Below, piece by piece: positions 13,011 to 26,410 of a stretch of DNA of 64,000 nucleotides. The position numbers were made by a program, and so were the translations under genes. The notes below the pieces were generated by a model. It was not told the DNA's origin. It did no database searches and saw only the letters and a program-made list of their open reading frames with translations. Position 1 is the first letter of the stretch; each line of letters opens with the position of its first letter. Source of the DNA: Lama guanicoe (lineage: Eukaryota); assembly GCA_013239625.1 (NCBI GenBank), contig MU056050.1:3520084-3584083 (forward strand), written 5' to 3'.

Positions 13011-13930
13011 AGAAAGAACAAGGACCCATATGGAATTAGTAGGCAAAATCACCCACACTGATGCTCAGTGAACCATTGTATAATTGTTGACCATGACTAA
13101 TAGAGATTAGTGTTTGAAGTACCAGGCCCAACTGGAAGGTATAGGCTTGAATGTAGTTCCCACAGTTATAAAATGAGGACTAAACAACTTTTAAGTTCCC
13201 TTCCATTTATAAAATAACAAGTATGATTATAACAAAAACTCTAGGATACCTGAAAAAAATCTGATATGTTAACAAAGAATGATGGTTGGATAGGTATATA
13301 GCGGTATCTGATCAACGATAAATGCACTTATTTAAATGAAGAGAGTTAGCATCAGCTCCAGAGATCCAAGCTGTGTAGGAGAACAAAGGCAAAAACAGTC
13401 CATGAGCACATGAAAAGATGAGATTCTGAGATCCAAAAAGGATACACTAACCAGTAGAAAACCAAGTTCAGTCAAAAAAGAAATTGGGTACAATAACCCA
13501 CAAATGATCAGGGAGGTACACACAAAGCATTACGGGCATATAATTGCCAGTCACAAGAAAGAAGCTGCAGACTCTCTTTTGTTTTTAAATCTCTTAACTT
13601 CTAATGCTAGCCTTCTTGAAATTCTCAGACTTAACTTAGCTTTGGCCTATGGATTTACAGAACTTATACACCCATCTCTTGAATAAGCCTTCCACTATGC
13701 ATGACCAAGTTTCTAAAAAAATTTTACTCTACCATTCTTCACCAAACCCAACTCCCACTCCTGGGATAAGTGGGCCTGACAAACACTGTGGTCTTCTGAG
13801 AATTGATGTTATAACATTGATCATTTATTGTATCATCCATACCATCTACTAGGGTAATTAATACATCAGCCCAAATGAATTTGATGAGTTACATTTTTCA
13901 TATGATATTTTAATTATAGAATTGATTATT

Positions 13931-15114
13931 TCCAGTCCTACATTTAGGTCTTTAATCCATTTTGAGTTTACTTTTGTATATGGTGTGAGAAAATGTTCTA
14001 ATCTCACTGTTTCACATGTAGCTGTCTAAATTTCCCAACATCCATTTATTGAAGAGACCATCTTTTCTCCATTGTATATTCTTGCCTCCTTTGTTGTAGA
14101 TTAATTCAAGATAAATGCATGGGTATATCTCTGGGCTCTCTATTCTGTTCCACTGAACTGTGTGTCTGTTTTTGTGTCAGTACCATGTTGTTTTGATTTC
14201 TATAGCTTTGTAATACAGTCTGAAGTCAGGCAGTGTGATACTTCCAGCTTTGTTCTTTTTTCTTAAGATTGCTTTAGCTAGTTGGGATCTTTAGTGGTTC
14301 CATACAAATTTTAGGATAATTTGTTCTAGTTCTATGACAAATGACATAAGTATTTCGATAGGGATTGTATTCAATCTATAGATTGCCTTGATTAGTATGG
14401 ACATTTTAACAATATTAATTCTTCCAATCCATGAACACTGTATATTGTCACTTATTTGTATCATGTTCAATATCCTTCATCAGTGCATTATAGTTTTCAA
14501 AGTATAGGTCTTTTATCTCCTCAGTTAAGTTTGTTTGTTTATTTAAAGTTTAGAAGAGTTTAATAGGTACGCTGCCATAGGCAATAGTGGGACACACAGG
14601 CAAGAGTGCCTGCATGAGCCAAGTTTATTTATTTTTGATGCAATTATAAATGAGATTGATTTCTTGCTTTCTCCTTCTGATAGTTCATTATTAGTGTATA
14701 GAAAAGCATGAAATTTTGCCTTGTCCAACAACACGGATGGACCTAGAGGTTATTATGCTTAGTGAAGAAGTCAGACAGAGAAAGACAAATACTGTTTTTT
14801 CAGTTATATGTGGAATATAAAAAATAAAACAAGTGAATGAATTTAACAAAACAGAACAAACTCACAGATACAGGAACAAACTAGTGGTTACCAGTGGGGA
14901 GGGGAGGGGGAGGAGCAAGATGGAGGAAGGGGATTAAGAGGTACAAACTACTAGGTATAAAATAAATAAGCTACAAGGATGTGCCTGCATAGCACAGGCA
15001 ATATAACCAATATTTTATAACAACTTTAAATGGATTATCATCTATAAAAATATTATGTTGTACACCTGAAACTAATATAACACTGTAAATCAACTATACT
15101 TCAACTTTAAAAAA
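13931..15114 (+). mobile_element. 5'-inverted (twin-primed) L1: antisense ORF2 piece ~13931-14708 plus sense 3' end ~14709-15114
   Basis: Minus-strand ORF2 (AFLYTNNELSE to WIKDLNV) joined to a plus-strand L1 3' end with A tail; TSD agaattgattatt (13918-13930) / agaattgatgatt (15115-15127). Confidence 0.85.
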
Positions 15115-15214
15115 AGAATTGATGATTACATCCAGATATGTTTGCTTATTATACTGATTTTTGAGTCAGTAACTGAGAAATTCTGAGAATTCAGAAAAAT
15201 ATATCAAGTATAAA

Positions 15215-15403
15215 GTTGAAGTGGGACTAGGGAGTGATTACTTAAAGGGTAATATAAGATTTCTTTTAAGGGTGATATATAAATGCTCTAAAATTGACTG
15301 TAGTGATGGTTGCACTGCTCTGTGAGTACCATTGAATTGTACACATTAAATGTGTGAATTGTATCATGAGTTATACCTCAATAAAGCTGTTAAAAAAAAA
15401 AAA
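15215..15403 (+). mobile_element. L1MB-like 3' end with poly(A)
   Basis: 'ctaaaattgactgtagtgatggttgcac...attgaattgtacac...tatacctcaataaagctgtt' followed by a poly(A) run. Confidence 0.85.
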
Positions 15404-15409
15404 GTCCAT

Positions 15410-15885
15410 CCACAGCCCTAGCTGAAGCTGCAAGCCCAGACTCAGACCCATACTCAATGTGTACTTGGATTATGGTAATTCCATTCTCTTTCGTCAGCAA
15501 TTGGCTAAGACCCATTTGACCGAATTTTAGCCAATAGGATGTGAGGCAAAGGTTTTCTGGAGGTAAAAGGATGAGAAAGATTTCTTAGCGCTTAGAGAGT
15601 TACAAGGAACAAAAAATTCTTTTTTTCTGTCCCTTTCTGCATTGTTGTATGAGGATGTGATGCCTGGAGCTGTTGCAGTCATATTGATATTAATGAGGGA
15701 CAAATCACCCTACATATTGTGGATGGAAGAGCAGGAAATAAAATGACATCTTTAAGGCACAGAAACGACCAACATTACCTTTGGAGTTCTTGTTATATGA
15801 GATAATAAATCTCTTCATTGTTAAAGCCACCCTGAGCTGTGTTTTGTTTTGTTTTAATTTGTAGTTAAGAACATTCTAAATAACA
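15410..15885 (+). mobile_element. Old MaLR LTR (MLT1J/K-like)
   Basis: 'ccaataggatgtgaggcaaag...gaggatgtgatgcctggagctgttgcagtcat...ttcttgttatatgagataataaatctc...gttaaagccac'. Confidence 0.7.
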
Positions 15886-17079
15886 AAATTTATGTATTTA
15901 TACTTCATCTTATACCAAAATGACTTGAGGCAGCTAAATAATCGTTTAAAATTAAGAGTTAGAAAAGTCCTTATGAGGTCATATTACAATGGCCATCAAC
16001 CCTTTCTGACGATGAAGCTCTGCACACCATTATCAAAGAGATAATGCTTTAAATCATTAGTAGCCTTTTAGGGAATGAACACACTCTTTGGTCTCTCTCC
16101 ACTTTTCAGTGTCTAAAAGAGCTCCCAGAAAGTTCTTCCTTGTATATAACCTGATGTGAAAATTCTTAACATGCTATAGAAACACGCAAAAAGACTGATG
16201 GTACAAATTTTAGGCATCACAAATGTTTGGAATTTGTAAGTTAACAAGTAGTTCTAATCATAATAACCAGGGTAAGTAGATTTGATGCAGATGCTTAAGA
16301 CTGGATGATAAACCAATTAGATGAAAGAATGTCAGCAATGTTTTGTCTGAGAAATCACAACAAATGTTTAATGAAACAAAACTCTAAATCATTCTCAGCT
16401 CCAAACAGAAAATCCTTCATTTCACAATAGACTTGAAGGCAGTGTGTGTGTATATGTGTATTTAGATGAGGGAGTTTCTGGAGTTTCTGTTAAGATCATT
16501 TGCTAATAAACATGAAGTCCCTAGTAATTAAGATTGCTTTGGAAAACAGACAAAGAAACTGAGGGTATTTCACTACAAGCCCAGTATCAAACACTGGAAT
16601 GGAAGAATTAAAATGTCAAGTTCTCCTTTCCCAAAAGACAGGGGAGCATGAGTGGGCCCTTGCCAGTGGAAAAGCTTTCATTTGATTGTTTTTCCCTAAG
16701 GCGATCTATGTGTAAAGATCGAGATTCTCAAGGGATTCAATTCAACTAAACAGCTACTGAGTGCCTACTATGTGCCAGGTACTGTGAGGCTCAGAGGAAC
16801 TTAGAAAAGAATTCCTGTTAAGGTTGTGAAAACTATAATGGCTGTTGACAGAATTTCACAGAGCTACACTGGATTCATGGTGGATAAGGATATGGACTTG
16901 GGGATACCACCTAATGAAGCATTTGTTCACTGTCAGAATTAAAATCTATAACCTTAAGGCAATTTTCATGTTCTTTTTACTTTATCACCATAGATCCTAT
17001 CACTAATGATATGTGCCCTAGCATATATTTCCTGCTTCTACTTCCTCAATAACTCATTGCAATCCGATATCCACTTTCC

Positions 17080-17840
17080 ACCCCCTGAAATTGCTCCTTA
17101 AATAAAGGTCAAAATGCCAAAGTGCCAAGTGCCTTTTTCAATCTTCAGCCTCTTCAACTTTTCTGCAATATTTGATAGCGCTGACCACCTTCACCCTTTG
17201 ATCCCCTCTTTTCCCACAGACTCCAAAACTGCATTATCGTGGTCCTCATTCTATCTCTCTGACTGCCCCTTCACTAAGTCTTTAATTGGCTAGTCTACCA
17301 ATAGCTCAGGTTTTTTTCCTCAGTCCATTTTACTCTGTTAGTTTTATTTGCTCTCTGTATTCTCTCCATTAGCTATTATATCCATTGCCACAGATTCAAC
17401 TGGTACCCAAACTCTAGATATGCTGATGACTCCCATATGAACATCTCTAGCCCCAATCTCTTACCTAATCCCAATCTCACAGTCCCAACAGTCAGTTGAC
17501 TTTTACCGCCTTGCACCCTTAAAGACAACGTGACTGGAAAGGAACATCTTTCCCCATCACAAACCTACTCCACCTCCTGAATATCCAGTTTCATTTAACA
17601 GTACCCACACTAGCTGTTGCCAAAGATTGAAACTTTTGAGTCATTTTACCCTCCCTCTCACTCTTAACATTCCATCTTCCCAGAGATACCAAAGCTTGAA
17701 AATTCAAGTGTCATAATGTCTCTACCATATGTTGATCTCTTACTACTCTCATTGCCACTACTTTAATTCGGACCACCATCAACTCTTTCCTGGGCTGTGC
17801 TGATGGCCTCTTAAATGGTATTCCTGCCTCTAGTCTCTCT
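17080..17840 (+). mobile_element. L2 LINE fragment
   Basis: 'tatgctgatgactcc' (YADDS) at ~17420 in a CT-rich L2 body. Confidence 0.75.
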
Positions 17841-20552
17841 GAATGCTGTGTTACTGATCTAACTATAAATTGGAAGCTGGAAATAAATTAGTAGTGGCGG
17901 TATGTGGTTGTTGGGCAAGAACTGCCACAGAGAAGTGCTTCTTCTCTCAAATGGATCTTCCTCTTTCATATTGCCCCACTTACCCTCAAGTGGGTGCCAT
18001 TACCCAGTGAGTAACCCTTGCCATAGGTTGTCACAGCCAGATAACTTACTCAGCATGGACGATGTCATTATAATAGCTATCCAGAAAGTATCAATAGCTA
18101 ATTTCACAAGGGATTGATATAACTATTATATTTAGGTTGGCTATGAGAAGCAAAAAATAAAGATGCCCCAGGATATCATTAAGGATAGAGCAGTTGGTTG
18201 GTGCTCCCTCAGGAAAACTAAGGTTAAGACAACATTCAGATTTGAGAAAGTAAGTGCTTTTTAAAAAATATTCATGACCTCTGCTTAATGTTTAACATAG
18301 TACTCACCCTTTGGAATATGGTTTTGACAAATGAACTCCTCTTCAGAAAAGCGTGTTTCCTAACGATACTGTATTTTTCAATATGAATTATTTTAAACGT
18401 GACATATAAAATAAAGTCTCTTTCAATCAACTTTTTCTTTTCATCCAGTCTCCATTCTGTAAATTTTAATTTATAAGTTAGCAAACTCTAAACCACTGAA
18501 AATAATTTAAGTATACCATATGGGTTTTTGTCATTTCTTTGCTCAAGGATTTATTTTGCTATGGGTGATAACTTAGGTCTGTTTCCTAACACCTAGTAAG
18601 TCTAACACATCTTAGTACTGGCCTGCCAATATCTTACGCAACTCTTAAAAGGCTGTATCGACACAACACTGAAACTTCCAGCTGAAAAGCCAAATTTTCA
18701 GGTAATCTACAAGCTGGTTTGCCTGTAAGCCATGAAATAACAAGCTTAAGCGATTTTTTTTCTGAGTGTAATTAACACATAGTGTTTCTATAATAATGAG
18801 CTGATTTGGAGAGAAACAACTGAATTCAATCAAACTGGTTGTTTTCACAACAGTTCCAAGTCAGTTAATTTCAAAACAACTAGGTCTTTGCCTGATTTCA
18901 GTCATGCGTGTACACAAAGCCTAAACTGGCCATTTGTTTAAGTAATGTACAGACACAGCTTACTGTGATAACCTCCTGAATGATAAACCCTCTCAAGTCA
19001 CTTTCAATCCCTTCCATACAACAATTTATCATGTCACATACCTGCTTAAAATCCTCAAATAATTTTTTCTTATCTATAAAATAAAGTCTGAGCTTTGATT
19101 ATGTCATTCTACCCAATAGGATACTTTCACTCCTCAGTCTGTCCAGACTGTAGACTTTTCTCATGCCCCATTGTCTCAAATCCCCTACAAACACATCCAC
19201 AAAAACCACAGTCTGCACTGTTTCTCTTCTTTGAATTTGTATTGCACTTAAAATCTAAAGAACATAAAGTTAACACTTGAAATGTCAAAAGTATTGCTTT
19301 GTACCTGGCAGACTACCTAACAGAGTACCTAGCACATAATAGACACTCCAGGGACATTTGAAAACTTGCCTCATTGACTTCTTCTACTGGAATAAGAATG
19401 CACCTAAGGTGTGATAACAACCTTCCAAATTATACTTCACTTAGTAAATAGCAGGGAAAAGCTCCTTTCCTGTGTGCCTTTAATTCTCCACTGAATCAGT
19501 GTTATTTTGTGTGTAAGTATACCACAGTTGTAGGCACTGTTCTGTCACTGAAGACATAACACAGTGGGTCAACCTGCAATTGGCAGTAACTTTCTGGAAA
19601 GGGAGTTAGAGCTTACTTCCAATACCAACCACCTCCTCTATCCAACATCTACCAAAAAGGTATTCATGACTGAATATCGTGTTTATGACTAGAAAACAAA
19701 CTCGATTCAGTAGGACAAGGGTTGCTAAAGCTGGCATAAAAAGCCATCAGTGACACAAACGACATTGAATGTCTGTCATTACAGACTAGTGTACAGTGAG
19801 AAAGTGATTCTCATTCACATTATTTAGGCCATCAAAAGAAACCTTCTATATTAATTTGCATAACCTCTAGTTAATGAAATTATACCAATTCTTAACACCA
19901 TTATGAGGATGTAAGAAACACAGGAGGAGAAGGTGGGAAAGAACAGGATAGAGAAGGACTGGTTTTGCATATTAAACAGAAATGTGGAGGAAGCTGGATT
20001 TTTGCCATATTCTCTGGCTCTATTAATAGCCAATACACCCATGGTTCAAAACAGAATCATTAGACACTAACATAGACAAATGCATATGCAGATCTGAGAC
20101 ATTATTTTATTTATAAGATGTCCTCTCCATAGGAAGCCTAAATTTACTTTACTACAGTGCATGAAATAAAAAGTGGAAAAAGAAAAATTCAGACACCTGC
20201 ATCATAAAGGCATCACAATGACAAGTAATGTTCCTTGATGTAGTGAGACTCCCATGGATACAGGTATGGGGAAGAGAAGCAGAGATGCTTTTAATGACAG
20301 TAGGAAGACTAAAGCTGCGCTCCTTTTCTGTTCAACTTTTCAAAGACTGGAGGCACTAGGCCCACAATTCAGGAAGAGGGTCATGCTAGCTCTTTAACCT
20401 TTTTTCAACACAGAACATAGGTAGTGAAAATTACATGGATATTTTTTGGGGGAAAATATTTTGTCTTTTCCTTGTTCACCATATGTATTTTATCACTACT
20501 GTAATTAATAAAGTAGCCACATTTTTAAGCCATCAAGGTTGGCCTGACTTAC

Positions 20553-20840
20553 TTTCTGATTGCTTCATGAGCCGCAATTCTTGCCATTAGAGAGAAAGAT
20601 AATTTTTGTAAAGGATAACTCAAATGACTTGGTGCTGATGACATCAAGTTTGATATATATTGAGATAGAGCATGTTTTGAAAATGCATATGGATGCGCAA
20701 TAGAACAAACCAATATCTGTTCCTCATTTTGTACCCTACTTGTTGAGGAGTAGAATGTAGTAACATATAATGCTTTATTTAAAAGAAGTATCATTAGGAA
20801 TCTTTCAGAAACTGAGAAAAGCGGCCCTTTTCATTTATAC
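20553..20840 (-). other. Candidate 288-nt internal exon of the minus-strand host gene
   Basis: Acceptor ttttacagttttcag|G; donor AAA|gtaagt; non-repetitive; frame open from ATG 20794 to the donor. Confidence 0.35.
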
Positions 20841-21054
20841 CTGAAAACTGTAAAACATCATAATCTCATTAAAACATTGAAATTCAAATGAAGCAATGTT
20901 AACCTAAGAATGCCCATATTCACACTAGGGAGTGAATATTGGTTACAAAAGTTTTACCATGTGAATTTAAATAATAACCCCAAGCAAGTTATCAACATGT
21001 GCTATTATTATGAATAGCTACCTTGTCTACTACACTTCATTTTCTGTAAAGTAT

Positions 21055-21220
21055 TTCTGCATACACTGTTTTGATTTTTCATCACAGTAGCCTTGGGGAA
21101 TAAACTATTTGAAAACTAAGGCTTAGAGAGGTTATCTGACTTTCTCAGTGTCACACAGCTAGCTGTAATAAAGTTAGCGATTAAAATTAAAGGACCCAGA
21201 TTACCTGTCTAATGTACTTA
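21055..21220 (-). mobile_element. MIR SINE
   Basis: MIR core 'gaaaactaaggcttagagaggttatctgactttctcagtgtcacacagctag'. Confidence 0.7.
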
Positions 21221-21442
21221 GAGTGTAAAATGAAAGGCTTACTATGTTTATGGTATAACATATTAAATATTAAGATACGAGAAACATTTTTAATTTATTC
21301 TTACTAAAGAGATTTTTAGAGAAACAGGGTACCAAAAATGGTCGGATGTAAGGTTTGGTGTAACTTTAATGTATCTGTGAAATGAGCTACAAATAATCGA
21401 AAGCAGATAAAACCGCATATTACATGGTATCTAAATGACTAT

Positions 21443-21929
21443 TGTCGACTGAAATACATGCACAGCCTAAAAGTTGAGAGTTATGTTTTATTTGGCGGAC
21501 ATTTCTGAGGACTCGAACCCCTTCGAGCCCAGGATGACAGCGTCCCAGATCGCTCTGAGGGACTGTTCCGAAGAGGTAGGGGAAGAGCTAGGATATATGA
21601 GTTTTACGACAAAGACCAGGTAGTTGGAACAGTAAAAGATTACTTGTTAACTAAAGAAAACCAGGCATCTCAAGATAAAGAATTTAGTGTTTTTCTTTGT
21701 ATGGGAGGAAGCAAACATTTGGGCTCATTGAATTCATTCCTTTGACAAGCATCTAGCTATCTAGGGCCGGTATCCTGTCCTTTCTTATTCTGAGTCCCCT
21801 CAGGGTGCACCATTGTGAGTGGCTGGGCTGCAGGCTTGTTTTCCCTGGGGGGTGGCAGCAGCGGCTGATGACTTGATGGCTTCAGCACTCTTTGTTTACT
21901 GATGTGGTTTACAGTATTTTTCGTTCACA
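21443..21929 (-). mobile_element. MER41-like ERV1 solo LTR (cetartiodactyl type), relatively young
   Basis: TG...CA ends; perfect 4-bp TSD CTAT (21439-21442 / 21930-21933); minus-strand AATAAA near 21490; CpGs retained; resembles recalled artiodactyl MER41. Confidence 0.88.
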
Positions 21930-22819
21930 CTATGAAATCATAAATTCCATTTCCTCATAATCAAATCCCCCTAACTAGTTTGGTTTGAGGCTGTGAGCTT
22001 CAGCCAGTTATGAGACTGTTGTTTAATCTTTGAGTTTTACCTGCAGAAAACAAACAAACGGTGCAACAGAATCCTGAGAGGACCTTTGCAATTAACTTTT
22101 GAGATACCTATATGAAGCAAATGCCCTTCCCTCTCAGGATTTAGTGCCCAACACTCTCCCATTGACAGGACATGGCAGCTTTAGGTGACTAAGCAGTATC
22201 TCTAGTGTACTATGTAGAGTCTGGATGCAGACAGTAAGGATACGAAATAAAAAACTAAATTTTTGGCCTAAATTAGTCTGAATAATAGTTAGAATATAAA
22301 ATCTGGGGCAAAACTGGATGAACTGCAAACATCCCAAAGTGGATTTGAACAAGCAGACAGCAGTGCCCTGAAATTTAGTATCATCACTGTCAGTTGTGCA
22401 ATAGCCTATATGAAATGATTTGGTGACTTCAGTCTCATTCCCAATGGGGCAGATGTTCACATCATTACAATCACTGTGAAAAAGGCAAGCTTGTTTGCAC
22501 TCTCAGTAGAGAGATCAAGAAACTTATGGGGCACGGAAAACTTAATCATAGGAAGTGGTCCCTGTAGGTGAGTCTGAGGGTACTTTTTAGGGACAATGAC
22601 TTTTATTTTCATAAACTCTTGAGTATAAATACTCTGTATCCATAAAGAACTCCAGCCTCCATGATTTGGGGCTTAAAAATGAATAAGGTTAAGAAAGGGC
22701 CCAACAAACACAGAATAAGGGGGAAATCTTGTATTACAAGGTAGAACTAGAGAAACTGCATACTTTTATTTTCTATATTATTTTTTTCCTCCATCTTGCT
22801 TCCTTCCAGCTACAAGTAT

Positions 22820-23015
22820 AGTATAGGAAACTCTGGATTTGTAGTAGAAAGACCCAGGTTTTAGCCCTTGTTTTCCAGTATACTGCTTATCTAATTCCAG
22901 ACAAAGAATTCCTCAGTAAAGTGGGAGTGGAACTTTGTATATGTGACAGGGCTGGTATTCAGATCCAATAAGGTAATAAATTGAAAAAGATTCAAACAAA
23001 CTGTAAGTGATACGT
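22820..23015 (+). mobile_element. MIR SINE (degenerate)
   Basis: 'ctctggatttgtagtagaaagacccaggttttagccct...cctcagtaaagtggga'. Confidence 0.55.
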
Positions 23016-23642
23016 TAAATGCACTGAGATCTGAGAAGCTTCCTTGTTCACCACATACATTACCTGAATAGACTCAATAGTAAGATCTCCAAACCCTGGC
23101 CTTGGTAATGACAATTTTCCACCTTCCTCACAAAATAAATAAAGAGGCCAGAATAAAGCAATTGGAATTTTGTGTCCGGGGATATATTTGCTGATTGTTA
23201 TATTCAGTCAAACTCGCTTATGTTGCTTTATGGACATGCTTATGTGTGTGTGTGTGTGTGTCTGTCTTTATTGTCCCTCCACAGCAAGATATAAGGAACT
23301 CATGGCTATAAGTAAACACATTATTATCAACTATTTATTAAGTATTTCCTTTTCAGACAAATACATCTAATAGGGTTCTGTAATGTTCTGGAATTGAACA
23401 TTGCTTTTCTTCAAGAGTGACCTAAGGCACTTGCCATTCAGCATTTTCTTCAGCCTGAGAGCTTAACAAAGGACCTCGTACATGGTAAGTACATAGTAAA
23501 CTTTTGCTGAATAAATGAACTACCCCCATGTAGGAATCACCCATTTTCCTCATTTTCCCTCAGTCCCTGTACTTTCCACTTAGATTTGTTGTCTAGATCA
23601 AGGTACTTGAACTGACTTTGCTTGTATTTAGCGTTTACTGCA

Positions 23643-24217
23643 TGTGGTAAATACATCCTAGGATAATACCCAATAGGTCATGCTCTTATGTAATCCCCTC
23701 CCCTTGTATGTGGACAGAATGTCACTGTCATTCTAATCAATAGAATATGGAAAAGGCAAAGGGATTTTTCAGGTGTAATTAGGAACCCCTAATGAGTTGA
23801 CTTTAATCAAAAGGGAGATTATCCTGGGTTGACCTAACATAGTCAGGAGAGCCCTTTAAAAGGCTATCTCTGAAGCTAGAGATTTGAAGTAGCAAAGTGT
23901 CTCTCTCTCTGTGTGTGTGTCTCTCTCCCCACGTCTGGCTTTAAAGAACCAGCCTGCCACGAATTTTATAATCACAAAGAAATTAATTCCAACAACAACA
24001 TAAAGGAGTTGGAAGTAGATTTTTCCCCAGACTAGCCTCCAGAGGAGAACAAGCCCAACAGACACCCTGACTACAGCCTTATGAGACTCCGAGCAGAGAA
24101 ATCATGGAAGTCATGCACAGACTTCTGACTTACAGAAATTGTCAGCAAATAAATCAGCATCATTTTCAGCCACTCCGGTTGTCATCATTTGTTACAGGGT
24201 TATAGAAAACCAATACA
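23643..24217 (+). mobile_element. MaLR LTR (MLT1E-like)
   Basis: TGTGG start; 'gtaatcccctccccttg...aaaagggagattatcctggg'; ends 'tttgttacagggttatagaaaaccaataca'. Confidence 0.85.
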
Positions 24218-25457
24218 CTGAGTGTGTGTCCAGATCGTATTTCTCATCCTAGAGGATAAGCACTTTGAGGGAAGAAGACACATCTTTTGCTTTGCTTCTC
24301 TCTCAGGGTTGAGTGCCCAGCCAAGTACACAGCACAGGCATACTTGCAGGCTGAAATAAATTGTTTCTATTTGTGAACACTAGTTATTATACTGTACTTC
24401 CTGCTGAAACTGTTTTCTACTGAGGAAGTAAAATGCAATATACTGACTTCTGTTTTGTCACATATTTTTCAGCAGAGTGGCAAAAATTAGACACATATGA
24501 AAAACAGTGGAAGTTGTGTACCTACTTATCAATGCATGAGCTGAAAAATGGCCACATTCCTTTTAAAGATGGCAATAATGTAGGATGAAAAAAAATAATT
24601 CAGAAATCCAATTACAATGAACTGACTAACAAACTGGCTATGGTGGCCACACATGGCTGGTATAAATCAGAATTATTTTCCTCTTTCTTAATTTACTTCT
24701 CGGTCAGGCTACAGCTTTGCTTTTAAAGTAACTGAAGTATCTATTTCCTATCTGACCCTCAGATAGTTTTTAGTAGATTTAGTATTATCTCAAAACTAAA
24801 CACCCTGAGCCTGTGCTAATTTCCTTACGTAAAATACAGTTCTTTTAATAGCTAAGTTTCTGTTCAGACTCTTAACACTCTCCTTGCCAATCAAAGATCA
24901 GTTTCTTAAAATCAGCAACATATAGGAGAAGCTAATGTAAAGGTCCCATAGGAAAGGACCTAAGCCCCAGAAAAGCATTTCTTCATTCAGTCTTCTTTTC
25001 TTCTTTTGTTCTCACTCTCTTTTTCTTTCTAGCTAAAATATTGTTTATTCATTACCATAAAGGGAAACAATGTGAGAAATAGCATGGAGAATCAAATACT
25101 TCATATAGTTTTTATTATAAAAATCTACCTATATATTCTCATTTCAGTTGCAAGAAATTTCAAACCTCAAGTAACTTAATACTATTGGACACAATAAAAG
25201 GACATAAACTGTTATCAGCGACTTCTTGTTCATGGTTAGGTAGCACCTACCAGGAGATTCTCGTCTGTCATTTAAGTTAAGCAAGGCCTTTATCCCCTTG
25301 TTAAAATACAAGCAGCACTGGGAAACCATCCCACAGAGCTTTAAGTCACTTTAGGGTTCCAAATGACTTGTCTGTCAGCTCCTTTTCTGAAAGTAGGCTT
25401 TATGTTTTCCAGGGAGTAGACAGAAAGTAAGAGGGTAAACTTAAACTCCCTGCTTGC

Positions 25458-25556
25458 CTGAGGGAATAGGAGACATCCGCCACTGAGACTTGAAAAGTAC
25501 ACAAGAAAGCGAGATCCGCATTCCAAACTTGCTGAAGAATGTTCTTGTATTCAAGC
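25458..25556 (-). other. Candidate 99-nt cassette exon with GC donor
   Basis: Acceptor ctgac..ttgtgttcag|G; donor CAG|gcaagc; two open frames; retained CpGs. Confidence 0.2.
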
Positions 25557-25929
25557 CTGAACACAATGTAGTGTCAGCTGTCTGTGTTGCTGCTACTACT
25601 ATGAGCTGTAAGTTTTCTGTTTCAGATGCATACTTGTTTTTTTGTTTTAATGAGTCATTATAATAAATTAAGACAATCTCATCATTCCTATACACACGCA
25701 AGGGAAAAGGACCAAAAAATATTTACTGCATTGAATATACAGAACAGTTGAAGAAGTTGACTCTGAAAATTTCATGGCAGAAAGGAATATATTTCCACAA
25801 GTTCCCCTTGTATGCCATCTCCCCCACCTCATGGCCTTCATTACTTTTAGAAAATGCTCAATGATATATATCCTATAAGGGACTGAATGTACTTGGAAAG
25901 TCAGTGATAAGCTAGGAAGCAAGACAACT

Positions 25930-26410
25930 ACTCCAGTCCTTCTGAAATGTTTTCCCTAAACATCCTATAATTTAGCCATACCAGATGGTCCCTCAGACAT
26001 ACCATAGATTGCAATCCTTTATGCTTTTACTTATTATAATATCTCCAACTTAGATTCATTTCCCTACCTTTCCTAATAGTCAAGTTCCTAGTCATTTTCT
26101 AAAGTCCAAATAAATGTCACCTTTCAATAGTATATTCCTAGATATAAAATGTGAGATACAGTCAGAAGCTTCCTTATTTGTGATTCCAAATCACTTCATA
26201 TACCCCTCTAGTACTGTTCATACTATATTATATTGTAGGGGTTTTTTGTTTGTTTGTTTGTTTGTTTTATGTCAATTATAACCCACCTTGAACCCATGGA
26301 GGGAAAAATTATGTCCCATTAATCTTTACACACACCAGTCTTCCTCTAAACCTATCACAGTGTCTATCACAGAACATGACTATAACGTGTGCTCGATTTA
26401 TGTTGGCTGG
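25930..26410 (+). mobile_element. L2 3' fragment
   Basis: 'aaagtccaaataaatgtcacctt...cccatggagggaaaaattatgtc...atcacagtgtctatcacagaa'. Confidence 0.55.
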
